Positions 12,401-28,877 of a DNA stretch of 64,000 bases are shown here, piece by piece. The notes under the pieces were generated by a model. That model was not told the origin of the DNA and made no database searches. It saw nothing but the letters and a program-made list of their open reading frames with translations. Origin of the DNA: Tubulanus polymorphus (Eukaryota > Animalia > Nemertea); the NCBI RefSeq assembly GCF_964204645.1, contig NC_134025.1, positions 5,332,001-5,396,000 of the forward strand. The letters are read 5' to 3'. Position numbers and translations under genes: made by a program. The first letter of the stretch is position 1, and every line of letters begins with the position of its first letter.

Positions 12401-15400
12401 CTGGACAGCTCACCACATGGTGCTAATTCAAGAATTAAACTGACTGGGTGAACACATAAGCCAATATACTTGACTATGTGCTCATGATTTAGCTGGGTCA
12501 TAATGCTGCATTCATGACGTGCAAACAGATATGATTCACAAGCTCGACGTAAAGGATCTCTATTCAATCTGTCCAATTTGGCCTGCAACAAACCCATACT
12601 TTTCCATTAACAAGCAGTACAAAATGAATGACCAATCATGACTCAACTGCTTTCTTACGGTACCTCATATTCATTGCGCGCTGTAGCATCAGCAGTTCTA
12701 CCTGGGTGTACAAGCTCAATCAATTTCCATGCAACTTCCACAGAAGTTTTCTCTGTTTTCTATAATACAACAACTAAACCCTGGATTCACTTATACCAAG
12801 GTTATGTGGAAATAATATTCACAAAAATATTATACATACATTGAGCGTAGCCTTATAAACTACGCCAAATCCTCCACTGCTTAAAAGCTTCTCCCGCAGG
12901 AGTTTCTTATTACTGATCAGTTGGCTATCGGGGAGATCCAGAAAAGCCTGAAATACATATATACTGGCATGCTTATAAGCCATTATAATATGTGGAACAT
13001 TACATCGAAATGAAAACATTTTGTGTTGTTCGAAAAACAATGCCTTACTAAATCAGGTGCAAAGTGATACCAGTTTCGAATGTCAACTGTACATGGATCA
13101 GCTAGAGAATCATGCACTGGACAAACAACAGAGCGGCATGATTGGACGTGGTCTATACAGTATTCTACCGTAAAAACATACAGGTTCTTGGTTTGCTTTT
13201 CACTACAAAGAAATGAATGTCATACAGTTAGACACATGTCGTGTATGTATTACAATGTATCGCGATTGAGACAAAGTGGTCACTTACTTGTTTTGACAAT
13301 CATCATATTTTTCCGAATTCAAATCAGCTTGGTCATTCTTGTTGAATATTGAACTAACTCCTACTGTTAACTTTTCACTTAGTTCATTCTGACAGGTATG
13401 TTGCATGCAACAATTTATACAGGGTACAATTCTGAACACCATATTCATCCCATCACTCATCTGTCTGAATCGACCATTGACATTTGGATACCAGTCCTCA
13501 AGAAGGTTGTCAATGCACAACACAATATTTGCTAGGATCTTGGTGGAGTAGCAGTGATCTTGGTGGATGAAAATAGGCTTTGAATTCTCACGATAGAACT
13601 GCATTTCATAATGTGGAATCAGAATCTCAAGGACTGAATACTTTTTTAAGTTCAAACATTGATGCTGGCTTGAATTGTCAGTATCCACGCATAAGACCAT
13701 ATTGCGCTTGTGATAGTCAAATAGAGGACTGCATGTATCAGAAGTAATCTCTCGCACCAAAACAATCGAACGACCAAACAACACTAGTTCAAGACCAGTT
13801 TGATAGCAGAGCCACTCTGCTTTTCCAGATGATGGAATCAAATTTTGAATATCATCTGGAATGACATAGAGCTGAGAAATATTTGATGTCATTGGTTCAT
13901 CGCCGAGTAGTCTTGTAATCAACCGTGGCCAAAATCCACTCGGAAAGTATGACATTAGATATAGCCGAATCATAGATGCTGCTGGATTGAGTTTACATGT
14001 TTTCTTCAACATGTGTGAAGCTGCTTCAATAGACACACCACTTGAAGACCTTGGCTTCAAATCTGAAGCCACCGGCAAAGGAACATAGAATTTCGTTCTT
14101 TTCTCTCGTGAAGAACCAGATAACCTGGTTACTGCTGTCAATCTTGAAACATCAATTGACTCACATTTGTAAGGGAAAACCTTGAGTGGAATCTGAAAGT
14201 GACGAGCGATACATTCACACAAATGAAACCTTAAGATGGAACATCTAAGATTCTAAACCATGGTGATTTTCAATCCGACTTCTTTTGCATTAAGGTTTAT
14301 GAAGCACTTACCCAAGATTCTGCAATCCCAGTAGGGTCATTACTAGACAGCTTATCTATCAATTCTAATTCTGTTGGTAAAAGAGGCGCGATAAGGAAAT
14401 GCGACTCATCATACTGTAAAGCCAGTTCAAATTTACTCAAAAGACTGATCACGTATTTGTGCATATCCTTGTGATTGTACTTTGAGTCTTTGAAATGCAG
14501 CACCAGATTATCAATGTGCATCTTCCCTGAAATCAAAGAATTAGGAAAAATCAATTCAAAATGATAAAAAGAGTGCAAAGAATAGACATGTGGTAGATAC
14601 ATTATTTTTGTCATCAGCTAGATAGATAGCTTACAGAGAAGAAAAAGTAGGATAAAACCAGTAAGTGAACTTACAACTTTGACCAATGGTTGGAGACATC
14701 ATTGTGGCTAACATATCACATAACCACTGTGGGTCCAAAAAATACCATTTGCTCAATGACGGATCATCGTAATGAAGAATTACACCTATGAATACAATAT
14801 GCTACTTATCTAAATTACCTTTACTACATATACCGACTTTGCCTTAAATGTATCTGATCTTTGCATTACCATATGAATTCAAGAACTTTGTGGCCTGTCT
14901 GAGTTCATCAGGGTCAAATGACTTGCGTTTACGTATGCGCATTTGGTCTTGGATTTCAGCTCTAACAAAATAAAAACATTTCTTAGGCCTGGATGATTGA
15001 ATGTTTTAAATGGGATGTCAAGTACCAGAATTCGTAAGCCTTTATGGAGACCTTTGATAAATGCTTTGTACTTGTGACCCAAGACTAATCAAAGTATCGA
15101 CTCTATCTATATACCCACTTGTATCTACTTTCTTCAACAATTGGTATCAATGATTTTTTGGATCTATCATTACTGATTGCAACAACAATGTCTTCAAGAT
15201 CAACATACGATTGTGGAATTTTTTGACCAAGAAGCGGTTGTCCAGTCCCATCTATAAAGGTAACATTGTAATCTAATTTAATCTAATTTAATGTACATGT
15301 AAATGGAAGATATTGCTATATCATTTAAAATTACCTTTTTTACTTTTAATTGTTGTTTGAATAAGTGAGGAAAGTTGATCAATCATCTTATTCCCACCAA

Positions 15401-18400
15401 AGATTGAACTTTTGCAACAAATTTCAATATGGCCAACAACAACTGGAAGTCCCTCCCTTGAAGGGTCTGCAATCTTCACAAATCTCTCATTAATTTCTTT
15501 GTCAATGGATATTAGAAGATTTTCCACCTTGTTACTCGGGATCAAATCTTTGTACGTTCCCACAATAATAACTGGAGAATTTGAAGCTCGTGCCTAATAT
15601 GAAATAACATACACGTACCGGTAACAAAACAGAATACAAAATTCTGAAGTTGAATGTGAGATATAAATTCTGGAATATACTGTTCATTGCATTGATTTTT
15701 CATATGTTACTCTTAATAGGGTATACTCAGATCATAGTATACCGGTATAAGAATATAAACCAGTATACCCTGGTATAGACACAAGATTTCTTCCATAACT
15801 ATTTTTAGCAAAATGTAACTTTAAATAAGAAATTTACCTGTATGTTAACAAGCCACTGGTGGACATCCTTAAGACCATCATCGAGATCTTGTGAGATATT
15901 CCAAACAACTACATATAGAGCCCTTGAGGAAAGGAAGTACTGATGGGTTGCATAAAAATTTTTCTAAAAAAAAAAAACAATACATGTACATGCATATGCA
16001 ACATAAAGCTTGGATTTTTTATTGTGAGTGGTCAGCGTGAATTAAGAAGTGGTTTTTGTAAGCTTTATCAAGCAATTTCTAATGTGTATGGATTAAAGAA
16101 ATATACCTGGCCTCCAAAGTCCCATGTGCGAATATGGACCTTATCGTGTTTCATAATAAGAGTATTAATGTCAACCCCATCGGTAGGGACATAATTCCCT
16201 GACTTTTCTTTTCTCTTCACTTTTTCAAAACCTAGGCGTTCAGCTCTAGTCTTGAACGTGTAAAATAAACATATGCATGCATTAAATAATGTACAAGTAT
16301 GGATAAACTAAGACACAGTTGAGATTAATTGGTCAAAACGGATTTAATCAATGGAAAAAGAACCTTCGACACCTTTTGAATAATCTTTGAATTATGCTCA
16401 CGATGCCTCAGCTGTTCAAGCATTGCTGTCTTTCCAACTTTCTGTGGTCCAACCACCATCATAGTAAGTCTATTGTATACAGTTTCCCTACAAGACAGAA
16501 TATTCAAGACTCCTAAAATGTAGGTTTCTAGACATTAATTCTCAAATGTATTATTCGAATACGAAAGAATTCATTTCCTAACTCACTGTAAATGCAGCGA
16601 CTTCAGATACCCTCGAATGAGGGACGTTTCACTTTTCTCCTCAACCAGATGTTTCAACTGACCGGTAAGGAAGTGGCAACCTCCCAAATCAATATTCCAC
16701 AAATTAGGCAACTCTCCAATTTCAGTGGGCAGCTGCAGATGAATTAAAAGTAAATTCTGATGTAAAATTACAAATCCATTCACATAATTCCCCACGATTG
16801 CCATATCAACAAATGTCAATGAACTATTTTTCCGCACGCTATGCAAAATAGAGCACAAAGAGACAATCAGTTGGAACATTGTATCAATTAGGCAAACTTA
16901 ATTTAAATTTCATCTGTAATGAATTTATAAACAGGCACTGGTATCAAAAATGCATTCAATCAGTACAATACATTTGAAAATGCTTACAGTTTTGATCATT
17001 GTCTGTTGAAGAAGTAACTGATTTAATGATTTCATACGTCCAATTTCCTTAGGTAATTCTGTTAAATTTGGATTCTGACTAAGGTCAAGAGTTGATAAGT
17101 TTGGAAATAAGAGTGGCTGAGACTTCATTAAATCCGCATTAGGTGGGAGCTAGAAAGATAAATTATATATAGAATGGAGTCCTAAAGAGCACATTTTTTG
17201 AAATTGATAAAAACATAGTTTATGTAACAATTCAAAACCATTTATGACCGCAAGAATTACCTGTTCCGTTTGAGACCATTTTGGATTAGGATCCACTACA
17301 AGTTGAATATGGGAAAGCTGCCTATTGGCATTCAGGGACAGAGTATGTAAATCTTTAAACACATCCTGTGACCGGTGCAGGCATTTATAATTCAGTCGGC
17401 TGACTCTTTCCGATTCCATACTACACCTAGATCTTAATTTGGACAAAAATACAGATATAGCCTACCACACTTTCTATGCAATCTACAGTGAAAGTTGCAT
17501 AAATCTAGGATCCATTTCATACACAGGTAGTAAAGTATTAAAACTTTTATGAGGCAAAAATGTACAGCAGTAGTTAACCAGAAAGCTGTATCTATATGTA
17601 TGTACATTATCAAATGTGGATGTGCAGATTAATGAGAAAATTGAGATATTACATCCAAATGACTTACCTTGCTGTTGATGATAGCGTGCTTGATCTCTTC
17701 TTCATTTCCTTCTCAAAACATTCCAAGTCAATGTAAAACATTCCTGGATATGACATGATTTCAGTTATCGAATTACTAGAAAGGTCTAATTTCTCAATAT
17801 TTGGAGGATAACTGGATGGATGGCCAACTTCAGTCAGATTGTTGTGACTCATATTGAGTACGGTCAGCTTAGAAGCCAAACAAGGTAAACTTTGTGGTAT
17901 CTTCATGAATTTGTTATGTGACAAATTCAGTTCAGTAAGTTTAGAATGAGGGCTATCATCTGCATTAGGGAGTTCATTTGAGTCTTCTATATGAACTATT
18001 CTTGATTCCCAAATGTTATGTCTTTCAATGTCTTTCCAGTTCAAAGTCTTTGACATGGAGCGACTACTGGCTGAAAATTGTTGTCTTGGAATACTAGATG
18101 TATCTAAGCGTGTATCTTCAGTATGTGCTGTTGTGACTAGAGAATCATTATCTGTAAGTTCTATTTCTGGTAGATTTCCACACACATTTCCTTTGAAAGA
18201 ACAGAACTTCTTTTTTGGCAAGTCACAAAGCTGATTTTCTGATAAGTCCAGCTCTTTCAAACTTGGAGCTGTCCACATTTCCCCAGGAACTTGTGTAATT
18301 TCATTATCTGACGCATCAAGTTTAGTGATAGCCGACATGTGACTGAAGAGCCAACATGGTAGAGTTTTTAAATGATTCTCCGCCAAATGTAATTCTGTCA

Positions 18401-20973
18401 AACAAGTTGGGTAATAACCAGGAAGGAATTCTGGCAATTCCTTAATTGCATTTCCCGATACATCCAGCACATGAAGAGAAGCCAAACTAAAGATATAATC
18501 AGGAATATAATGAAGACGGTTGTCAGAGATGCATAAACGTGTTATGCTATACAAGGCAAAGGTAGATCCAATTGATTTGTTAATTCCAGGATTATGATGT
18601 GTAGCTGCATCAATCAACCATTCTTTCAGCCATTCTTCTTTTTCGATGTCTCCCCTTTCAATTCGCAATTTAGAAAGAGGTAAATTATCATTGCGCCAGT
18701 TCACTGCAACTGGAACTCTAGGATAGACCTCATCTTTGAATTGTGTAGATGGAATACTTTCTGTTATGGCATTCATATCCTCAGATTTTTGCAGCAATGC
18801 AAATTTGAGAGCTTGTTTGTTGATATGGTATTCTTCATCTTTAAATGTTTTGTACTTCAGTAATGTTGAAATCATGTTTGGATGAGGCCGACTAATAGCG
18901 ACACTTAATTGACAATCATCATAATCTTGAGCTCTATGCGCCAATAGCAGATCCATCATATCCAGGTCACAATTCCATGCAGCCACCAACAATGGTGATT
19001 TCAGTTTTTCTCCATCAACCTGTGATTTGTTTGGGTCAGCACCATGCTTTAACAAAACCTCAGCAACTTTCATTGACTGACGTTTCACAGCAGAAAACAA
19101 TGGATTTTTGCCATTGTAATTCGGTTTGACTGGATTAATTTTCTTGGCTGGTAAATCAGGTAATTTGATATCGTCTATATCATCTAAAGAAATTACATCG
19201 ATCTGACCTTTCTCACTCTCAGAATACTCTGATGAAGGATTTTCCAATTTGCTGTCTTCAGATTGAAAACATTCATCAGAATCTTCGAGCATGCTAAAGG
19301 CATCAGGCTCTTTATCATCCTTTGAAATTACTGGAACTTGAAAACTGAGAAGAACATCAGCATTTTCCGCTTGATTATTTTCGCACGCAACTTGCAGAGG
19401 AGTTTTCTTCTCTTTATTCTCTGTGTTGATATCGAATGGAAAGTAGTATTCATCATCATCTATAGTGTAGATGTGCATGTCCTGATCATAATTTCCAGCA
19501 AGTTGATAGTCCAATAAATATTTGAGTACTTTTGGATCACCCTCAGAGGCTGCTATGTGAACTGGTAGGCATCCGAAATTATCAGCTATATTTACACTGG
19601 CTGGAAATCTCTGCAAAAATTTAGTTCCTTTATTCATAATACACCTATTATATATGTTTTCTATGTAAATTGTAGGAATTGATGGAAAGCATTTTCTAGT
19701 AAGATAGAACTTGAATAGTGAACTTACAGACAACAATACATGAAGCAATTTCTTTTTGTGTTTACAAGCAACATGAATTGGTAACTGGCCAGTTGTTGCA
19801 TGAGCAATAGATAAGTCTGCACCTTTTCCAATGAGCAAGACAACAGTATCAAACATATTTGCATCGCAGGCGCTGAAATCAAGTACCGGAATTAAAAATA
19901 AAATGATGTGGAGATATAGAAATTAGACATTAAATTAAACTAAAAACATACTTATATAGTAGAGTTGCTGTGTTTCCTATTTGTTCGTTAATAAAAGTAT
20001 CAAAATCAAGTATTTGGTCGGCCAAATCATTAGCAGTTCTCACATCACCATTTCTGCATGCATCAATGAATTCTGTAATCAATCAAATGAATGAAAATGA
20101 ATACACTAAAATAGGAGTAATGATATTGACACATTTGATAAACTTACGTTGTTTGCAACTATTCAGTTTTTCAGTTCTTTGCACTAAAAATCAAATAAAA
20201 AGTACAGGTCATTAGTTACACTCATAAGCCTATAGCCACATGGTCATCGCATTCAACAAATTCTGTAGCATGAGTGACTCACTTATCTCTTCTTGGATGA
20301 GATTGATGATATCATAATAACCATTACATTTTGCTATGTCTTCAGCTGTCAGTGAATCGCCATTTTTCAATGCCAGGTCAATGTCATACAACAACAAGCA
20401 TTTCACCAAATCAAACTTATTTTTTGTGACAGCTAAGTGCATTGGTGTCTAGGGGAAAAATATACAAAAAATTGAATATAGAATTTACAAACATAGGAAC
20501 AGTGAGAATCAAAACACCTGACTCGAGACAACAGAGTAATTCTCCGATCTCACCATATCTCTGATAAATCCACAAGTTTCTTCATCGTAAAGATCACTTG
20601 CCAGATTTGGCTCAGCTGAAAAGGTAATAAATCATGAATAATAGATGTCATCAATCTGACTATATCATAGGGAACAGGGTGTATCACTATCTTGCAGTTC
20701 AAACTTATGCAATCAATGAATAAAGGGGAATCAGTGTAGGACACATTTTACATGAGACTAAAATACCGGGAAACTCTCACCTCCACATTCTAGCAGTTTC
20801 TTCAAACATCGACTGGAATTATGCTCTATGGCTTTTAATAAAGGGGTGAAGCCATGGTCATCTGGACAGTTGATTTTTTGAAGTGATTTTTCTTGTGTTA
20901 AACAACGTTTTAGGAAATCAAAGTCATCGTATTTTGCTGCCTGGTGCAAAGCGTCACACGTGAATTCATCCAT
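9490..20973 (-). CDS. LRRK1: LRRK1-like ROCO kinase (ankyrin, LRR, Roc GTPase, COR, kinase, WD40-like C-terminus), multi-exon
   Basis: Ankyrin repeats (HGFTPLLKA, GCLPVHIAA), LRRs in the large exon 17668-19610, Roc P-loop VVGPQKVGKT (about 16440), WDFGGQ, COR YLMSYFPSGFWPRLITRLL, kinase VAWK / HRDLKSSN / KLSDYGISR / GTAGYMAPE. DYGISR plus ankyrins without armadillo repeats favours the LRRK1/LRK-1 type. Confidence 0.9.
10131..10199. repeat. Near-perfect 69-bp palindrome in an LRRK intron
   Basis: GAATATAACAGAAATCTGCTGATA...CACCACTAGTGGTG...TATCAGCAGATTTCTGTTATATTC. The arms differ only by a small internal mismatch/indel. Confidence 0.9.
11672..11847. mobile_element. Small non-autonomous DNA transposon (CAG...CTG ends, 5-bp TSD TGATA) in an LRRK kinase-domain intron
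   Basis: Left end CAGTGGCGCAGGAACC versus reverse complement of right end CAGGGGCATTGGAAGC (11/16 match). TGATA lies directly on both flanks. Confidence 0.6.
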
Positions 20974-21106
20974 GGTTGTATTGCCAGTTCAAAATTAGAT
21001 GCATCATACAGAACTACACAACTGAAAGTGGATATTATGCTGCCCTCTATATATGATAAGATAGGTTTTAGGGACCACAGATCTCATCGACTAGGGGGTC
21101 GATCTA

Positions 21107-21210
21107 ACTGCAGTTTGGGTCACCTATCCACTTGGTGGCACTAGTGTTATTAAAGAATAGTGTTATGGTAAGGTTAGGTACATAACCATTAGGGACACCT
21201 AAACTGCAGT
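21107..21210. repeat. Short imperfect inverted repeat (possible MITE remnant) upstream of the LRRK ATG
   Basis: ACTGCAGTTTGGGTCACCTA ... TAGGGACACCTAAACTGCAGT. Confidence 0.4.
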
Positions 21211-21364
21211 CATACCTTAAATTGATTTTCATTTTCAAAAAGTCGAACCGAACGAACGTCGTTCACATTCCACATGTTCCATAGAGGCTTAAGATCCATT
21301 AAGAAAAATACACAGAGATAAGGAATAATTACGCAAAAACAAACACCTTTTTTCAAACCTTACC

Positions 21365-21781
21365 TAACTAGTCGGTTATTACATAGAACTATTCCGTTAT
21401 AGTTCTACGGACTTGGGCCATAGTCCTCGAATACGCACTCGCAGTATCATTGGGGATTCCCCAGATTTGTTTCCGGGTTCATCGTTGGCGTAGATTTCTC
21501 CGTCGTGATTGAATTGGTGTATGTTGGAAAAATGTTGTAGAAATGTTGTTAAAATGAATTATGAATATCATCATTGATACTGAAATAGATATTCCATAGA
21601 TATTTTGAATAAAAAAGATATTCTAAGGGATTCGAATCGAATCAGCTATAGCATGACGTCACGGATTATGTATCATGTAAGATAATACCCGCTCGTCTAC
21701 TTGTGACAGATACCCGGAAATGAACCAAAATGAACGGAAAATAATGTTTTGGCATTTTGAAACAGCTCAAAATAGACTTAA
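21365..21781. promoter_or_regulatory. Putative bidirectional promoter and non-coding first exons of LRRK1-like (-) and BORCS5 (+)
   Basis: Minus-strand donor (CTTAC at about 21359-21363) and plus-strand donor (GTAAGT at 21782) face away from each other. The interval is locally CpG-richer, with TGACGTCA at 21655 and ETS-like CCGGAA motifs. Confidence 0.55.
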
Positions 21782-21824
21782 GTAAGTCTTTTAGGTCATT
21801 GTTCTAAAAAATCATAGTGCAAAT

Positions 21825-22045
21825 CAGGTAAAAGTGCAGATCCGCACCTCTCCGCGTAAACGGTTCAATCAATTACATTAAAATCATTGTTTCAGATTCA
21901 AAATGTCATCAGCAATTCAGTACATTGCCATTGGCTAATTTTAAGATATCTTCACTACTAGAGAGAGTAGAAAGATTTTAGCCTGGATTCTGTCATTCAG
22001 CAGATTGCGTCAATCACGAGAGGTGCGGATCTGCACTTTTACCTG
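21825..22045. mobile_element. 221-bp MITE with perfect 28-bp TIRs and 5-bp TSD (CAAAT)
   Basis: CAGGTAAAAGTGCAGATCCGCACCTCTC at 21825 and its exact reverse complement ending at 22045. CAAAT on both flanks. Confidence 0.92.
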
Positions 22046-22812
22046 CAAATCATTATTAGAATCAAGGCATTTCGAGAAATTGATTATGTTCAGGCGCTCT
22101 ACAAATTTTTATTTACTCAGTGAAAAAAGTGGAGTATATCTATTTTCATTTTGCCTTTTAGCTTATTAATTATATTAAGTAGAAGAATTTGGTATTTAGA
22201 GTTTAGTATAAGCTATTTTGCCTTTACTTAAAAAGATTAAATGTTTACAATTAGGGTTTAAAAAAGGGTTATTTTTTAGGATCAGTATTAATTAGGGTAA
22301 TAGGGTTAGCCTAAAGCAGTTAGGCCTACTAAATCAATAAACGATGTACAGGTTCCTCTTCAACATTTTCTGGAACCATACCAATGGCCAGATACTGATA
22401 GACTAGGGTAAGCATTAGATTTAAGGCTTATGGGAAGGTCTATGGTTGGGGCTAGGTTGAAGCGAAGGCCATAAGTAATTGTGAGTTCTGGCAGCTAGGA
22501 ACTATTATTATGGTCTTGTGGACGTGGTAGAATGCTACATTAGCACACATGTAGGTGGTGGGTTTCAGTTCCAATTTATCATGATCTCTGATGTTTTTTT
22601 AAGATTTCGTTAGTCTAGCTCCTTAGTATTTATGTCACGTGTGCAACATTAGTAACCAATCAATAAGCTATTGGCAAAATATATACGTTCTACTATTCAA
22701 ATAAGAATTTCCATATTTGTTACGTTTTTGAAGAGTCGAGAATTTAAGACTAAAATAAATGAAGGATCACATTTTTATTTCATTTGATAATTATGAAATT
22801 GATTTTACAGCG

Positions 22813-24624
22813 ATGGGGGCAGATCAGAGTATACCGGGAATGCCGTCTACTAACCTCAAATCACAACGAGATGAAGATATTCCTTACACATCTTACTCTA
22901 TCAGTAAACCAATTGATGGAGGTCAGTAGTGCAAGGTGTGCTTGTAAATATGAATAATTATCTTTTTTTGTAGATTGCCGGTAATTGAATGTTGTTGCAA
23001 TTTCGTTGTTGATTTATCCACATTTTAATTTTGTTGAATATTTTGCATTTCTCAGTGCCTAATATCGATGACAAGGTTTTGCCGAAAGGTACATGTATGA
23101 CAGAATAACTGGCACCATAATAGAAAATGCCGCCTAAATATAAAAACCTTACATATATTTATTACACAGTGTCATTCTATTTCCATCCTCTTGGGTTTAA
23201 AGGTTCTTTTTGATAATTCCATCTTTCATATCATATATAATTTCGAACCTAAAATTTAGTGAATTTGAGAGTAACCTTGCACTTCACAGTATAGACTAAG
23301 CAATTATAGTCATACACTGATAGGCATGCACAAAATTTACTTAATTGCTACTTCATTGCATAACTATGAATTTCCTTTGATTTAAGATTTAACCAAACTC
23401 CTAACTTTTCGCTCATAGTAAGAATTTAAATATAGAACTTTTCAATTCAGTGCAATCAACTTGAAAATAATGTCATAATGATATTGCTGGCTTTGATTCA
23501 ACTCGGTGTAACAATCAATTAGGCCTAGCTGTCCAAGAAGAATCGTTCATAAATTATGATTTAGTCTGAAAAACCAGTTTTGTGTGGTTGGTGGAAGTTG
23601 GTTGATGATCCTGGCAGATTTGGTTTTTGAATGGATGATCCTGCAATACTGCTATGAATGAATAATTTATTCCATTCCATGTTCCGTAAACTCGATTTCA
23701 TTGAATGCATAACTGATGATTTCATTGCGATATATAACTGCTTTTTGATGCATGCATTCAATCTATATTTATAGAATGCATTTTGGAAGCGTAAACTTAG
23801 TAATTTGAAGTTACACTGTCTGTATAATGTGCATTTTTGAAATAGTTTTTTCTATTCTTTGGCTTTATATTAACTCAATTGTAGTTAAAATGTCCTTTTA
23901 AGTATATTGATAATGTATTAAGAATGCATAGTGAAGACTCATACGTATCTTATCACATTTCAGACACTCCCAGGCATTCTCCTCGGATGCACCTTAAATC
24001 TCGCGGACATTCTCCTTCTGGCCGTGAAAAAGACACAAGTACGACACATAATCCTTTAAAACACGATATAGTCGTTGTAGCGGAGGGAAACTCAGATACT
24101 AAATACTCTGATAATGAACTGAAAAAAATCGAAGACATTCCTGTATTCTTGCCAATAATGAAAACGTCATTGAATTTGCCCAATATGCGAGATGTGGACT
24201 TATTGGATAAAATCGATGCTAGGCAAATGTTACTGCTTTGTGTACGGTACCAGGAACATTTGAAACACTGCGCAGAGGCGACTACATTCGATCAAAATGC
24301 CCTATGTGTTAGAATCAAAGAGGTATGTTTACTAGTTTTACCCCATTATGAAAAGATGGTCACGTATCCGGTTTCAGCAATCATGTCGGTTGATTTTTGC
24401 AGATTGATTTTGCCATTCAAACACTGAATAATATGTTAACTGAACGACAGAAGAAATACGCGAAATATGCGGAACAGATTCAAAAAGTTGGCGAAGTGTC
24501 TTCAGTGCTGACACGTGTGAAAATGCATGTTGATGAACTAATCCCATTAATGGAACGATTAAATAGTGTTTTACCTCCCGAGGAACAACTCGAACCATTT
24601 GTTATGAAACCACCGAGGCCATGA
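22813..24624 (+). CDS. BORCS5: BLOC-1-related complex subunit 5 (myrlysin/LOH12CR1/SAM-4)
   Basis: Exons 22813-22921, 23964-24322, 24403-24624. N-terminal myristoylation motif MGADQS. Also DIVVVAEG, LCVRYQEHLKHCAEATTFDQNALCVRIKE, ERQKKYAKYAEQIQKV and LPPEEQLEPF. Confidence 0.95.
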
Positions 24625-25761
24625 TCATTGTTAGAGATGGATATATTTTCCACGTTAAAAAATGGCAGAAAATCTACATTGCTTAGATTCTGGCATATGC
24701 AAGGATGATTATGACCATCAATGTATATGGCTGTATTGGTTCAAATAAACATTATCCAGCATAAGTACAGTTTACCAGTTTATCTGTTCTTTAATCATAC
24801 TACATGAATAAGGATATGAAATAAAATGTATGAATTTGTTTAACTAATGAATATCTTTTTATTCATGGTGCGGGTATGTATCTTTAGTTTCACTATCAGT
24901 CATGGAATACCGGAGCCAGCTTCTTGTACCTAGTCAGATGCAAGGCCATTCATAGAATACTCTTGCACAATGTTGTTTTAAGTCTTTACTGGTATATCAA
25001 TAAGTGGACCATCTATTTTCCGCAGATAGGTGGCCAATTTAGGAAAGCAAACATACTTTGTGAATCGCCAGAACACAATTTCTACTTCTGTTGAATTTAA
25101 TACAACACTTCATTAAGTGTCGCAGTCTTCCTCATTTCAATCCTTCTACATTGTACCTCCAAATTAATGCTGGTCGAGAGTGCTATGAATATGGGGAAAT
25201 ACATCCATCCTCGTTAACAACTGTAGAAGATATGCACCGTTCAGGAAATGTCAATCTTTGGCATTTATTTTCTGCATGAACTTATCAAAGCAATTTCCGT
25301 TAAAACAACTTTCTGAACCAGCAGCATTTATATATATATATATTACATTACTAAGAGTTACAGCTTATATTTATTAAAAAGGCGCTGATCAATTTTGACA
25401 AACCACACCAATTATGGTCAATTACAATTTAGATACACAAATTTTCGAAAGCCGAATATAAAAATGATAGAAGGAGATAAGCAATGAAGGGCAGACTTCA
25501 GTCATTTCGCACTGGAAAGTGAGTTAAAGTTGATCGGGCAGTACAGCTATTAGGCAAGTCCATTTGTTTTATAAGCTCAGCTGTATTGTACATATACACA
25601 AAGTACACGTACAAATGTACATATTAATGTCTATCACAGAAGTCTGCATGCAATGGACAGAAATAATATCATCGAGTCTTCTGTTCCTGTTTGAATCTTA
25701 ACGTAAATACTGTCTGTAACATATGGAACACAAACACTGATGAAAATCTACTACGGGTGTA

Positions 25762-28358
<2,597 letters not shown>

Positions 28359-28683
28359 TTCAGCTAATGAAATATTTTCCTACAAAATTACATACGAGAT
28401 TGTACATGAATGGCGATACAAAAAAATTCAAGTACATTGCATCTCACACTGTTCAGATTCAAAGTGTTCAATAACATAGCACAGATATATACAGAGCAAC
28501 ATCTTCGTTTATCAGGTGTCTGTCTTGAACCTATCGTATTAGCTTTCTATTAACAAAGACTGTTCACATGAATATGTCATGATAAATGGCAAATCTAAGT
28601 GCTTCCATGCTCAATATGTACAGCGGAATTAATAAATTTTTTTCTTTTCCATTACCGGTATCTTAGCTGAAAGCCATGAACTA

Positions 28684-28877
28684 CAGTAGACTCCACCTAT
28701 AGCGGTACAGAGGTCTATTCGATTATCTGTTCAAACCGGTTGAATCAAAAGATTTCTGTCCCTAGTATTTGTGAATGTAAAAAAAAAATCTGAAAATCTA
28801 TACTGGTATTTGTCTATAATGGTAACATTTTGCCCATTTCAGCATACCGCTAATATCTATATAGGCTGAGTCTACTG
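28684..28877. mobile_element. Tc1/mariner-pogo-type MITE with TA TSD in a taxilin 5' intron
   Basis: TA|CAGTAGACTCCACCTATA ... TATAGGCTGAGTCTACTG|TA. Confidence 0.8.
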
